Shown: positions 12,896-29,429 of the stretch, in pieces
Layout: each line of letters opens with the position of its first letter
Position numbering within the stretch: position 1 is the stretch's first letter
Assembly (NCBI RefSeq): GCF_009914755.1
Contig: NC_060937.1
Source of the DNA: the human T2T-CHM13v2.0 reference genome, Homo sapiens
DNA: 64,000 bases
Strand: one strand, 5' to 3'
Notes under the pieces: generated by a model
Database searches by the model: none
The model's input: the letters and a program-made list of their open reading frames with translations, nothing else
Told to the model about the DNA's origin: nothing
Translations under genes and position numbers: made by a program

Positions 12896-13481
12896 CAGCA
12901 GTTATCCTTATCTGCTGGGGATGAATTCTAAGACTCCTAATGGATGCGAGAAACAGCCAATAGTACCAAACCCTATATATATACTATGTTTTTTTTCTAT
13001 GCTTACATACCTATTATAAAGTTTAATTTATAAATTAGCAACATTAAGAGATTAAAAACAATAATAATAAAATAAAACAATTATCATATACTGTAATCAA
13101 AGTTATGTGAAAGTAGTCTGTCTCTCTCTCAAAATAGCCTATTGTATTGTACTCACTCTTCCAGTTTTCCTTTAATCTTATAACCAAGATGGCTACTATC
13201 TGACTAATGGATGGGTGGGATATGCAGTGTGGATATGCTGGACAAAGGGGTGAGTTACATCCTGAATGAGATGGAGTGAGATAGTGCGGGATTTCATCAC
13301 AATACTCAGAATAGTGCACAACTTAAAACTTATAAACAGTTTATTTCTGGATTTTTTTTTTGAGTTTTAAAGGTTTTTTTTATACTTTAAGTTCTATTTA
13401 ATATTTTTGAACCATGATCAATCCCAGGTGACTGGAACAACTGAAAGCAAAAGCGAAACTGAGGATAAAGGAGGATTGTTG
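12896..13481 (-). mobile_element. MER44-type (Tigger7-derived) non-autonomous DNA transposon
   Basis: Degenerate TIRs cagcagttatccttatc...gaggataaaggaggattgttg flanked by TA on both sides (12894-12895, 13482-13483). Confidence 0.82.
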
Positions 13482-14015
13482 TATATAAACATTATAACAC
13501 AATAACTTAAGCAAAGAAGGATAGTGATAAGTCCCTCATTTTTCACAGAAAGAAGTTGTGGCTTGTTTTGGCCTTTTGTTTTAGTCTAATGCTTATTCTT
13601 CAACTTTAACTTTCTGTATTGTACTTCATTAACACTTTCTACATATTAAGATATTTTACATGTTATCTAAATGATATACAGTACTTTGTTAATGACTAAA
13701 TAAAAACAGGATAGATGAAATGCATTACTAATGAGGTGACAGAGCTAATGTGTAAAAACATATTACAGTGCAAAACTGCTCATATATTCTCCTAGAACAA
13801 GGAGTTATAGTGTTAGAATTACACAATTATCCCCTAAGTATCATGTGCTATCAAGCATTTGTCAAAATTTACTTTTGCAGTGTACTTCTTTCATTTTAAA
13901 TTAGCTAAAATTTTCTAAAAATACTGAGTTACTTTTCAAAAGAAGTAGGCACACGCTCATAAATTTTCATGTGACAGTAGTTACAATGCTATGGCATTGT
14001 TATACAGAGGCATTT

Positions 14016-14263
14016 ATTTCTGAAATTCAATGTCTAAGTGTCCTTGCTTAGAATTTGTAGTTTCTGTTACAATTGCTTTTTTCTTTCTTCCTTACTTTCT
14101 TCTCTCCTTCCTTCCTTCCTTCCTGCCTGCCTGCCTGCCTTCTTTCCTTTCTTTCATTCTTGTAATTTGTAATCATGTGAATATGTAAGAATTTTGCTTC
14201 TGCAAGGTATTCCATGCATACATACCCAAATGGAATGAAAATTGAGTAATTCTTCAAAAGCAT
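14016..14263 (-). repeat. Right arm of the non-transposon inverted duplication
   Basis: Reverse complement of 11200-11527 with a shorter, different STR (cctt/cctg, ~14076-14156). Confidence 0.93.
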
Positions 14264-14360
14264 TACACATTGTCTGCCTATATTAAAATATCACATGTAA
14301 TCCATAAATATGTACGGCCATTAGGTATTCATTAAAATTCAAAATAATAAATTTAAAAAA
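14261..14360 (+). mobile_element. L1MA extreme 3' end with A-rich tail
   Basis: cattacacattgtctgcctatattaaaatatcacatgtaatccataaatatgtac...attaaaa matches the L1MA terminus. Confidence 0.8.
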
Positions 14361-15364
14361 TCACAATTGTTATGAAACATTTCTGGTTCTTATGGTGCTC
14401 ACTAGTCATTGTAAGAAAACTTAATATTTTTGGATATTTCTAAGTGTGTTTATATTTTTTTCTATGAACAAGAAATTATAATATCACCATTAGTTGATGC
14501 TGTTTTAGATCTTGCATATTGATCTTATGTTCTAAAGAAATTTTCTTTACCTCACTAATTAGATTTGCTTTCTTGTTTCACTGATTATCTTCCTATTATT
14601 TTTTGCGTCAAGTTCTAAGCCCAACATTACAATAGACAAGTGTTGTTATGAGACCCAAAGCACTGAAGATCAATTATAATGTTTTAACTGTTATTACTGG
14701 ACTAATTTCAATTGTCCCCTGAGTCCAAACAAATTAAGAGTTTGTTTTTAACATGCTACATTCTTTCAAGAGCAGATATTCTGAAGCTGCCAACTGTACA
14801 CCAGTTGCTCTACAGGAAGTATTACATAATGTAGATATACATTTCTTACATTTTTTACCTTATTGTTAAGTTATTGTCATTTTATACAATCAACTTGATC
14901 TAGAAAAAGTTAATTTAAGAAGGTACAGATACATGTGGGCATCAGCGACTGGCATTTGTATTGTTTTAAAATAGTTAAACTGGAAATGATGTCTTGGGAG
15001 TGAGGATAAGTAGATAAACACATAGAGATAATAGGTACACATAAACACAGATATCCAGATGTAGTTTGCTGATAAGAAAACATATGATCTCAATTTCTAA
15101 TATGAAAGATGATTAATGCTACTTTATTTAGATAGAGCATATGTCAAAGGAAGGTAAAATAGAAAGGAGATTTGCAGTAGCAGAAATAAGAAAATATGAT
15201 CTATAAAAGAAGTCGGCATGTAGGTTTTTAAAACCCTGGGTATATTAAGGAACAATGTCCAGAAAAACCTGGTGATATATTATCTGTTGTAATGTAAAAA
15301 GTGATATATCTACAGATAAATTAACTCTTTATTTAAATAAAAGTATAAAAGTCCAAAAATATGT

Positions 15365-15635
15365 CATTCAATGAATAATTATTGACTGCTAACCATGGCC
15401 CACTGTAGATCAGGCCCCGTTCTAAGACCTGAGGGTACAGTGGTTAGCAAAACCCCAAGGCCTCTGTTGACATGCAGACTGATAATATTTTTGAATTGAA
15501 AGACAACTTAATTATTAAGTTGAGAGATAATTTAAAAAATACACTTAAAGTATATTAGGTGGAACCAAATGATGGTGTAGGAAGGGTTATTTACAGAGGT
15601 TCATCAGGACAGGACACTGTGATAAGTGAATGGGA
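15365..15635 (-). mobile_element. L2 3' fragment
   Basis: cattcaatgaataattattgactgct...caggccccgttctaagacctgagggtacagtgg is the antisense L2 tail. Confidence 0.6.
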
Positions 15636-15637
15636 GA

Positions 15638-16705
15638 CTAAGAGTTTATGACCAAGAACCCAAAAGCAAATGCAACAAAAACAAAGATAAATAGATGGGA
15701 CCTTATTAAACTAAAAAGCTTCTGCACAGCAAAAGAAATAATCATCAGAGTAAACAGAAAACCCCCAGTGTGGGAGAAAAATTGTAGCAAAGTATGCATC
15801 TGTCAAAGGACTAATGTCCAGAATCTATAAGAAACTCAAGCAAATCATCAGGAAAAAATAAATAACCTGTGCCATCAAAAAGTGGACTAAGGACATGAAT
15901 AGACAATTCTCAAAGGAAGGTCTGTAAATGTACAATAAACATATGAAAAAATGTTTACCATTACTAATTATCAGGGAAATACCAATCAAAACCACAATGT
16001 GATACCACCTTACTCCTGCAAGAATGGTCATAATTAAAAAATCAGAAAATAACAGATGTTAACGTGGATGTGGTGAAAAGGGAACACTTTTACACTGCTG
16101 GTGGGAATGTAAACTAGTACAACCACTATGAAAAACAGTATGGAGATTCCTTAAAGAAATAAAAGTAGAACTACCATTTGATCCAGCAATCCCACTCCTG
16201 GGTATCTACCCAGAGGAAAGTAAGTCTTTATATGAAAAACACACTTGCAGATACATGTTTATAACAGCACAACTCACAATTGCAAAAATATGGAACCAGC
16301 CTCAATGCCCATCAACCAAAAAGTGGATAAAGTAAATGTGGTATGTATATATCGTGGAATACTGCTTAGCCATAAAAGTAATGAAATAATGGCATTTGCA
16401 GCAACCTTGATGGAACCAGAGACCATTATTCTAAATGAAGTAACTCAGGAATGGAAAAGCAAACATCATATGTTCTCACTCATAAGTGGGAGGTAAGCTA
16501 TGAGGACACAAAGACATAAGAATAATGCAATGGACTTAGAGTACTCAAGGGAAATGACTGGGAGTGGGGTGATAAAACCCTGCACTTTGGGTCCTGTGTA
16601 CACTGCTCAGGTGATGGGTGCACCAAAATCTCAGAAATCACCACTAAAGAACTTATCCATGTAATCAAAAACCGTTTCCCAAAAACTATTGAAATTTTTT
16701 AAAAA
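15638..16705 (+). mobile_element. 5'-truncated L1PB1-like element (ORF2 C-terminus and 3' UTR)
   Basis: ORF 15648 [30 protein letters not shown] is L1 ORF2p; 3' end caccaaaatctcagaaatcaccactaaagaacttatccatgtaa is L1PB-type. Confidence 0.93.
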
Positions 16706-16769
16706 TCACATTTTGCATTTTTCCTAAGAACATTATTGTGCTGATATTTTCTATCAACTTTGACATATG

Positions 16770-17209
16770 GTTAGCTGAATTATTAGTCCAGTTCTCCACA
16801 CTACTCAACTCAGGATCCACAGCCTTGACATGGCCCATGTGACTTGCTTTAGCTAATGATATGTAGACAGAAGTAACAATGAGCCTTCCAAGCCTATGCC
16901 TTGAGAGACTTTATGTATTTCCAATTGCCTGCTTGTCCTTTGCCATTGCTATGAGAATAACATGTTTCTGCAAATTTGTTGGTCCATCCAAGAAGGCAAT
17001 GTGGACCAGAGCCACCTCAGTCAACACACAGACCTGCAGGAAAAAGCCAAGCTGGGCCAATCATCACAGTCTCAGGTGGACTCACCCAGACAAGCCTGAA
17101 AAAGATCAGACCTGCCTTATCCAACACACAACAGCAATAATACTTTTTTTGTTGTTTCATGACAGTAAGATTGTGCTAGGTAGTATTTTTACAATAGCTA
17201 ACAGATGCA
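16770..17209 (+). mobile_element. MLT1 (H/I/J-like) solo LTR
   Basis: ggcccatgtgacttgctttagctaatg...agacagaagtaac and terminal caatagctaacagatgca. Confidence 0.65.
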
Positions 17210-17645
17210 GTCAACTATATAGATGCTCTTTAATTTAATCTCCCCTTTAAAAAAAACTTGAAAATCAAAAATGCCCTTTTTTATTGGAGTTAAACTTTTC
17301 TGCAATTTTTATTTGATGGGGCATGAAGAACTTCACGATGAATTGTTTGTGTGCATGTGTGTGTGTGTATGTATGTATCTATATATGTATACTTTTCAAT
17401 TAGCTCCTTTTTTACACATCTTATAATAATTTAGTATACCTTTTGGATATAAGATAGGGGAAAATCTGAGCAGTGAACAATGAGTTATGTGCAAAATTGT
17501 CCTTTTCCATTCTTATATTTTGATGTCAGTCAAAATTTGTTAGATTTAACTTTGTGTCTCAGAGTAAGTTCTATCTATACCTCCACTTTTAAGGGTTTAG
17601 ATTTTTTTCACCAGAAGGTTAAAGTTTTAAACCATAAGTGAAATA

Positions 17646-18379
17646 TGAGGGAGATATTGTTTTTCCCAGGTAGTTTCTCACGACTGTGATTTAAGAGATC
17701 CAAATAGATGCCCCTTTATCAACTAAGAGCTATAATAAACCCTATGTTTAAGGAAACAAAAAGTTACTGGCCTAGGGCTCAGGGATTGGTTGGCATGACA
17801 GCTCCCTAAATTCACACGGCTATAAAACACAAAACAAAAGCAAAATCACATTCTTGCTAAGCTGCCTAGCAAATAAGAGCTATCAGGCAAAATATTGGAC
17901 CCTTCTGGCCTCTGATTTACTTACTACCCAGTCTGATTGGACATAGGACCGGACTTAAAAACATTCTTTCCTGAAAAACAGCCACAGACTTCAAGTCAGT
18001 TCTGGCCAGCTTTTAGAGACTGTGCACACTGTCTTTGTGCCCTATGGTTCACTTTTTGAAGTAAGGAGCCAAATTCCACTTTATTTTAATACTAAAACAC
18101 CACTCCAAAGTGAACATGAAATGTATGTTACACATGTTTACCATTGCACATGCACTTGACTCACCTTATAAATATGAATAATTTCCCTGAAACGTGCTAA
18201 ATATTTATGTCATTATTGTGTAATACAGACCTTGTGAAGCCTAAAAGCCAACCTCTCCCTTCCCTCTTTGAAGAGTGTGTTCAGGTCGTGTCAGAGACTG
18301 TCTCTGTTTGCAAACTGATAGCACCAATAAAACTCTCTTTTCTATTACTTAGCCACCCTGATATTCCTTTTAGATGACA
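17646..18379 (+). mobile_element. Solo LTR, probably ERV1-class (family uncertain, MER72/LTR47-like)
   Basis: TG...CA ends; aaatagatgcccctttatcaactaag, ttaaggaaacaaaaagttac; AATAAA followed by ctctcttttcta near the 3' end. Confidence 0.6.
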
Positions 18380-19319
18380 ATGCCTTCAATTGAAATGACT
18401 TTCTAGTTTTTGACCATACTCAGAGATATCTGAATTTGTAGTGTGCTACCAGCCTAAGCCTTGATTAAAGAGCCCTGCTACATATGATTTAATCAGCATT
18501 AAACTTTGTTTTCCATAATGAAATAAAACAGTAAAGGCATATAAAATTATATAAGGTGATGTTGATAATGTTCTTGCATAGGATGTTGACCCAAGAGAAA
18601 AAAACAAAAACAGAAAAAAGCTTGTCAATGGATTTGTCATTGACAAAAAGCACATAGGAGAATAGGAGAATAAAAAGTAGTAATAAAGGTGTGGATGATT
18701 TATCTAAATTATTAGACTTAGATCATCTTCTTGAAAAGGGAAACAATCAAATTTATCTGGCAACTGAATAACAATAACCCAGGTGGAAGGAGGAAAAATA
18801 TAAAATGGAATTTACACAAGTCTCTATATTACAGCATATGACAGAGATTAGCACAAGACATCCAGTGCTTGTAAAATTGCAAGAACATACGTATAAGTAG
18901 ACATATGTTTACTCCCTTACAAACCTAAGGAAGAGGCCTCGTATGCTAATGTGTTAAATAAAGGGTATGATACTTTATATTTTTAATGGGAATGGTTTAT
19001 TAAGACCATATAATTATTAAACTTAATAAGAAATTGGAAATATGGTTTTCTGAGTATAAGGGAGTTTGTATTAAGTTGAGACAATGGTAAAATTTATAGG
19101 CAACCTATATAGGCTTACTTTTCTCACACTCCAGGTATTGGAGAATAAACTGTATGGCCCATTTTTTGAATCTCCTGACAATTTGGAGGCATACAGAGAA
19201 AGAAGTAATCTTTCTATCTTCTAGGTACTCTATTAAAAAATCTCAGTATAAAACCAAAAGCAAAACTTAGTCTTAAAATATTTTTTCTACATTTCCTTAA
19301 CAGACATTAAGTGCAGTGG

Positions 19320-19490
19320 TTATTATGTACTGAGTATTTAACATGAGCCTGGTACAGTGCTTCATTTTCATGCATAGTTTCTTTCATTGAATTCTCATGC
19401 AGCTCTGTAACATAACATTTAATTAACTTTAAAGTCATACAACGAATATGAGCTAAAACAGCTACTTGAACCTAAATTTGACCCATCTTA
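19320..19490 (-). mobile_element. MIR fragment
   Basis: tactgagtatttaacatgagcctggtacagtgct...ttcattgaattctcatg. Confidence 0.5.
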
Positions 19491-19787
19491 TAGCATTCAA
19501 AATTCAATGTGCTCAAGATAAAACTATATCTGAAACTACTTTTAGTGGTTTTGTAGATCAATACACGGTGAATGCAGTAGATAAATGAAAATGTTACTAA
19601 AAGTCTCCTGGAGAAGCCAGATATGATAAAAAATAAGGATTGCTATTAAATGGATACTTATTATTTCTTTGACAATCTCCTCCTCTATCACCAAACAGCA
19701 CATAACGGCATATATTAAAAATTTTTAATGCTTATATATTATGTGCTATGAAAATCTCACTTGCTAATATCAACTAGATGAACTTAA

Positions 19788-20015
19788 ATAGAACTTAGAA
19801 ACTAAAGCCCATTGGATCAAATCCAGTCAGTCACCTGTTTTTATTTAAAAAAGCTTTATGGGAACACAGCTACACCTTCATTCATGTATTGTCTATAGCA
19901 GCATTTGGGCTCTAATGGCAGAGTTGAATAGTCACAAAAGAGACTTGTGGCCCAAAATGCCTAAAATATGTAATACCTTGGCCTCCCTAGCAAAAGTTTT
20001 CCAACACCAACTCTA
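19788..20015 (+). mobile_element. MER58A (hAT-Charlie)
   Basis: caaatccag...cctgttttt...ggaacacagc...cattcatgtattgtctatagc...ggcagagttgaatagt...ggcccaaaatgcctaaaatat. Confidence 0.8.
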
Positions 20016-21282
20016 GGAAAGTAAAACATTGTCCTATAATACCAAAGTTAATTTGTAATCAAGGCTCAGGGCTTCCTGACAGTCACCACACAGCCCACAT
20101 AGGTGTTATTATAAGGTAGTAAGTAAAGAAAATATTTGCTCTCAGAAGCTTTTTTTTCTTGCTATCGTTTCCAGGGGTTGTGAGAATATGTCATAATGTG
20201 ACAATGTGACAACTCTCGCTTTTGTGGGGTGGACTTGTTTTTTACATATTAACTAATTTTATCGTGGATCTATACAACATTCTTTGAAAAAGTCATACTT
20301 ATTCAAGGAGTTTCAAGCTTTATTTAGCAGACTTATCTTTCATTTGTTGGTTTTTAAAGTTTTCCATAGTAACTCTTATTTTTAAAGTTTTCCTTAATAA
20401 CTGTGATTGCATCTTGGTTGCTTTCAACCTTATTATTTTATCTGTCCTATTAGAAATCATTCCTAATGAGCAGTCTTAAAAGTAGCAAGCATCCTTTTAT
20501 TTATTCACTTATCTGAATAAGTATTAAGCAAGTACTATATTCTATATGTATCAGTTATAGAGAATAAATAATATATATATGCTGCCAAGACAGCCAGTTA
20601 GTCAAATAAAATCACGTGAGTTGATAAACTAGATTTCTGTTTGAGAGAAGTTGAAAAATTATCCATGAATTATTTTTCACTGATAGTTGAAGGCAGTGTT
20701 TAGAAAACACGAGTATCTTAGTGTTTTCTAAGAGGATGCATATATGACCAGGTCTTTTCTAATTATTTTACATGAGGACATCCATCCTTTTCAAATAGTA
20801 GATTTCTGGAGATTATATTTTTTATAAATAAATATTGTAGGGTTAAGAACACAAAGAATTTTGAGACATTTTTGTTATATACATATTTTTAACATGTGAA
20901 ATCTTATTGATCAAAAAAATGTAGAGTCCATATAATATTTTAAAATAAAAGTGATTATATAAAGGTTGCAAGAAAACTAAATTTAAGTAAACTATCTTAA
21001 TTTTAAAATAAAAATAATGTTCTAAGTTTATGTAATATGTAATTCTTATGCCATAGGAATATATTGTAACCTCTTTTTAAATTATATCATTAGTGATTTC
21101 TAGACATATAAGTTTCCAAATCTCAATATTACTAGAGTAATAAAAAATAAGGTTGATCTGGTTTGCATTCTAAGTAATGGCAAACATATTTTATCCTGCC
21201 TCTCTAAAATAAAATACTGTGCCAATTTTTTAGGCTCTATAACCTCAGCGAATCACCAGGATTACAACTGTCTCAATCATGT

Positions 21283-21647
21283 TGTATTAGTCTCTTTTCA
21301 CACAGCTATAAAGAACTGCCTGAGACTATAATTTATGAAAGAAGGAGGTTTAACTGACTTACAGTTCCTCATGGCTGGGGCGGCCTCAGGAAACTTACTA
21401 TCATGCCTAAAGGCAAAGGAGAAACAAGCACTTTCTTCACAAGGCAGCAGGAGACAGAGCCAAGTGCAGGGGAATCTGCCACTTTTAAAACTAACAGATC
21501 TCATGAGAACTCCCTCACTGTCAAGAGAACAGCATGAAAGAAACTGTCTCCATCAACCAGTTGCCTCCCATCAGGTCCTTCCCTCAGCACATGGAGATTA
21601 TCATTCAAAATGAGATTTGGGTGGGGACACAGAGACAAACCATATCA
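21283..21647 (-). mobile_element. MaLR solo LTR (MSTA/THE1D-like)
   Basis: tgtattagtc...aaaccatatca with perfect TSD catgt (21278-21282 and 21648-21652). Confidence 0.92.
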
Positions 21648-21649
21648 CA

Positions 21650-24480
<2,831 letters not shown>

Positions 24481-24619
24481 GAAGTAAGTAACATAGCCAA
24501 GAAATGGATAGAACTTATGACAATTGTTTCCCATAAATGAAATGTAATTACTATTGAGACTTTGTGTCTTCTCAATTTGGTGACAGGATGAGAGTATCTT
24601 TGATTCTATAAAACAGGCA

Positions 24620-24860
24620 TTAGAAAAAAAAAATACCTCACGGGCCAAATTCACCCTTAAGCTTGTTTCATACCACATGCAGCCTAAGAATGTAACTGTG
24701 GCTTATTTTGTTTTGCTGTTTACATTTTAGAGGTTGCCATAAACAAACTAATAAACAACAATAAAAACAATAAAAATAGAATATGCAACAGACCATTTGT
24801 GGCCCACAGGACCTAAGATATTTACCACATACCTCTTTACAGAAACATTTTGTTGACCTT
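24620..24860 (+). mobile_element. MER58B-like fragment
   Basis: cacgggccaaattc...aatatgcaacagacc...tgtggcccacaggacctaagatatttac...ctctttacagaaa. Confidence 0.6.
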
Positions 24861-24982
24861 TAATATGAAGGATAGTTGCACATCTTGTTAGTGGAAGCAT
24901 AAAGTTGTTTCTTTATTGTAAGAATGTAAAAACACATGAAGAAGTGAGTGCACAAGTTCTTAGTAATTAAAGAGTTGGAGTT

Positions 24983-25950
<968 letters not shown>

Positions 25951-27609
25951 GGTTGGCATGTACTCCAATATGAGTGTCAACTTAAAATCTTTGTGAATTG
26001 TTTCTTACACAGATTGCTTTTTCAAATTGCTTTTTCTGCAAATGTCTGAAAATACTTGTCCTGAAGCCGTAATTTTTATGAGCTGATAATTTTAGATATG
26101 CAAGCCGTTGATATTTTATTTTCTAAGTTGCTTTCAACTAATTGCTTCTTTAGATTAAAAAAAGGTAAAAAAAATTTGGAAATTGTGTGAGCAAAGAAAG
26201 ACGAATGAGTGATTTTGGAAAGCAATGTGATGATTCCTTCCTTTATAAGTGTGAATGTCCATAAATGGACCTCACAAGTGTTATTAATCTTACAAGAAAA
26301 CTTGCCTCAGTAATACTTCCTCTTAGGAATTTAAAATAGATTGGGCATCATAAAAGCCCTACAGTAATTATTAAGTACATCAATTTTTAAATAGAGAACA
26401 TACACTATGTGTGTGTCTATAGAGAAGTTATACTTGCTGTATACCCCTCTGAATATTGTTGAAACATTAGTTCTAGCCTTACTGAGGCTGAATATTTCTT
26501 TTCCTGAATGACTTATTTCTATTATACATAAATCGCTTTGTTCATTGGTGGAGTTGTAATAGAATCCTAATTCAATTGGTTAACTGTAGTTTACATGATT
26601 CTATGAAATAGAAAATTATGGATTTTTCACATACTATTTTTCAGAAAATGAACTTAAATAAAATTAGCATATGCTTTTTATTTTCCTGAACCATGAAATA
26701 GCCTTTATTGTGTAAATAAATATCAATTCAAGATAGAATTTTATAGCTGCAATAATGTATAGCACATGAAAAGAATTAGATACAAAAAATGACAATAAAA
26801 GTAAAAAATATATAATAGAAAGCAGGATATAACAAGCAAACCACAAGATATAAACTATATTCATTTGAAAGGATGTGTGGAAGATACTTTCTCAAGCTAT
26901 TACTTAGAATTTGTACACTACATTTTTCATGACCATCACATCTGTCAAATCCTAAACAACTTCTCAAAGCATAACAGAAAGCAAGTGTTTGTTATCTCGT
27001 CAGTTGATTGGTATATGTGTTTTTATGTCAAACTATTTAGTCACCTATTCTTACCATTTAATAAGAAGGAAATAATTTTATCAGTAACACATATATCAAT
27101 TTTGAACATGTTCAGTCTCATATATTATTCAAATAAACACTTTACTTCAAAGAACACATGAACATGTGGGAAAACATTTCTTGATATCTTTGCATTTCTG
27201 TAGAAATTTTAAATTATTGACAGAATGAAATATGATTTTGAGCATGGTGCATAGAGGATATGTATAATTGTGACTTTGGTATGTGTGAATTGAAATTCAA
27301 ATTTGCAAGAAAATGACCTTGATTTGTGGTTATCTTTGCTTATTATTAATACATGCAAATCATTTTCATATAACAATACATTATACCGACAGTAAAAATA
27401 TGCTTTAGTCCATATGTATAAAAGAGAACAAATAAATATGTTATCTATGAAAATAATGGTATGTAATAAAACGTTGTGCACTCATAGATGCAAATGGAAA
27501 CAAAATCCTAAAGAATTATAGTGTCCTATATCAGTATTTTTTTGTTTTAAATAAAATCTACACAAATGTGAAATAAGAAAAAAATGTTGTCATAAATTTA
27601 TGGTGGGTT

Positions 27610-28727
27610 GTGTGAGATATATTTCTTGCTGTTGGAGTGGAAGCTAACAGATAAGCCATGAGAGGAGGCTAGAATGATCCATTTGGTAATTTTTCTATAA
27701 AAATAACTATATAAGGAAACTTCTTGGAGAAATAAATGATAATAGGATTGGTGCATTATACAAGGAAATATATAAGATGGGCATGCAGCATTTTAGAGTG
27801 CCAAAAATTCAGTGCCTCTCCCACCAAAAAAAAAAAAAAAAAATTTGGATATGCGTTGTGGGTATGTCAAAGTGATACACTACCCAACTGAAAGAGTACT
27901 CTATATCCAATGGTAGAACAATTTGAGAACAAAAGTAGGTAGCATTTGATTATAAGCTAAAGTATAAAATATATATCAATGAGTCCACACTGTTTAAATA
28001 AATAGATAGATAAGGGGAAAAATCTCTTGTGCAGAAGAATTCCAAACAATATATGAAGATACTCTGCCCTGAAGAACGTGGAACATAACTTCTTATTTTT
28101 AAATGTGGGCTGAACATAATGTCCCTGCTTAAGAACAGAGTGTGGAAAAGTGGGCACGAAGAGCAACTTTATTATGGAGAAACCTGACAAACACTACTTC
28201 AGCTAAGTGGTTAATGAGAGCATCAGCAGTGATGTCATGTTGATAGCATGTACACCCAATATGGTGTGATGAAAACAGTATTTTACCTTCTTTGTCTTCC
28301 TCCCATAAACCCACAACCTTCATCTAATGATGAAGAAAAGCATGAGAATAACCCCACTGGAGGGAAACTATACCTGACTAGTACTCCTCAAATCTTTGGA
28401 GATAATCAAAACCAGCAAAGTATGACAAATAGTTACAGACAAATTGTGCTTATCGAAATAAGACAATAAAACATAAAGTAGTCTTCTGGATAAGATTCTG
28501 AAACAGCAAATTAACATTAGGTAAAAGCTAAGAAAACTTAAAGCATAGACTTTAGTTTATCATAGTGTATCAATATTGATTCAGTAGTCATATACAATAT
28601 ATCATACTATTCTATAATTTTAATAATAGAAGAAAGTGGGTATGGAGTATGAAAACGTCCTGGGCTATCTGCAATTTTTTTCTGTAGTTTTAAAACTACT
28701 CTAAAAGGTTAAGTTTATTTTAAAAAT
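27610..28727 (+). mobile_element. L1MC/L1MD-like 3' UTR
   Basis: gcagaagaattccaaac...tggagaaacctgacaaacactac...catcagcagtgatgtcatgttgatagcatgtac...gtgtatcaatattgattca. Confidence 0.8.
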
Positions 28728-28816
28728 ACATGTTTTGGGAAATACTATGTGATGTTGCCCAAATTAAGTAACCACATTTTAACATTATCTATTTCTTTTT
28801 ATGTTTTAAAGATATC

Positions 28817-28907
28817 AAAATAACCTGTACAACAAAACCCCATGACACAAATTACCTATGTAACAAAACTGCACTTGTACCCCGAACTTAAAATAAAAGT
28901 AAAAAAA
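28817..28907 (+). mobile_element. Short L1PA13-16-like 3' end
   Basis: ctgtacaacaaaaccccatgacac...ttacctatgtaacaaaactgcacttgtaccccgaacttaaaataaaagt plus A tail. Confidence 0.85.
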
Positions 28908-29429
28908 GTGGTATCACTTAAAAATATTATTTTACACTTTTATAAGGGATTCAATTAATCTGTTATCAAAGGAAGAACTATTGATTTATTATTCTCATTC
29001 AGACAAAGTGCTTCATCCTTGTGAACATTAAATTTCTCATGGGTAAAATTAATATATTAATTGCTTTACCCTAAAGTTGTTGAGAAATTTAATGGTATCA
29101 TAGGTATTAAAAGACTTAGAAAATTATAATGTGCTATACAAGTTGTATATATAATTTCTCCCTTCAGATTCTTAACACTGATATATTATACTCAGTATTT
29201 ATTACTATTTTGAATATCACTAAATGTTTATTATCTTTATGGATATACTGAAATAATTTAATATTTGCTTAATGTAGAAAGCTCCATTATAAAAAAATCC
29301 ATAACATATTGTATTAATAAAGAAACTCCATTATAAATATGCTGGCTTCTAGCATACCATTCTTTTGATTTTCTCTGCATCTAAGTTTTTCTTGTTTGTT
29401 ACTTACCTTCAAAAATGCTAAATAAAAGA

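Noticed and set aside
11200-14263. Paralogous short ORFs MPLKNYSIFIPFGYVCM... (+) and MLLKNYSIFIPFGYVCM... (-) as a duplicated small gene
   Set aside because: The similarity follows from the DNA-level inverted duplication; both frames run into microsatellites, many substitutions change amino acids, and there is no promoter or splice evidence.
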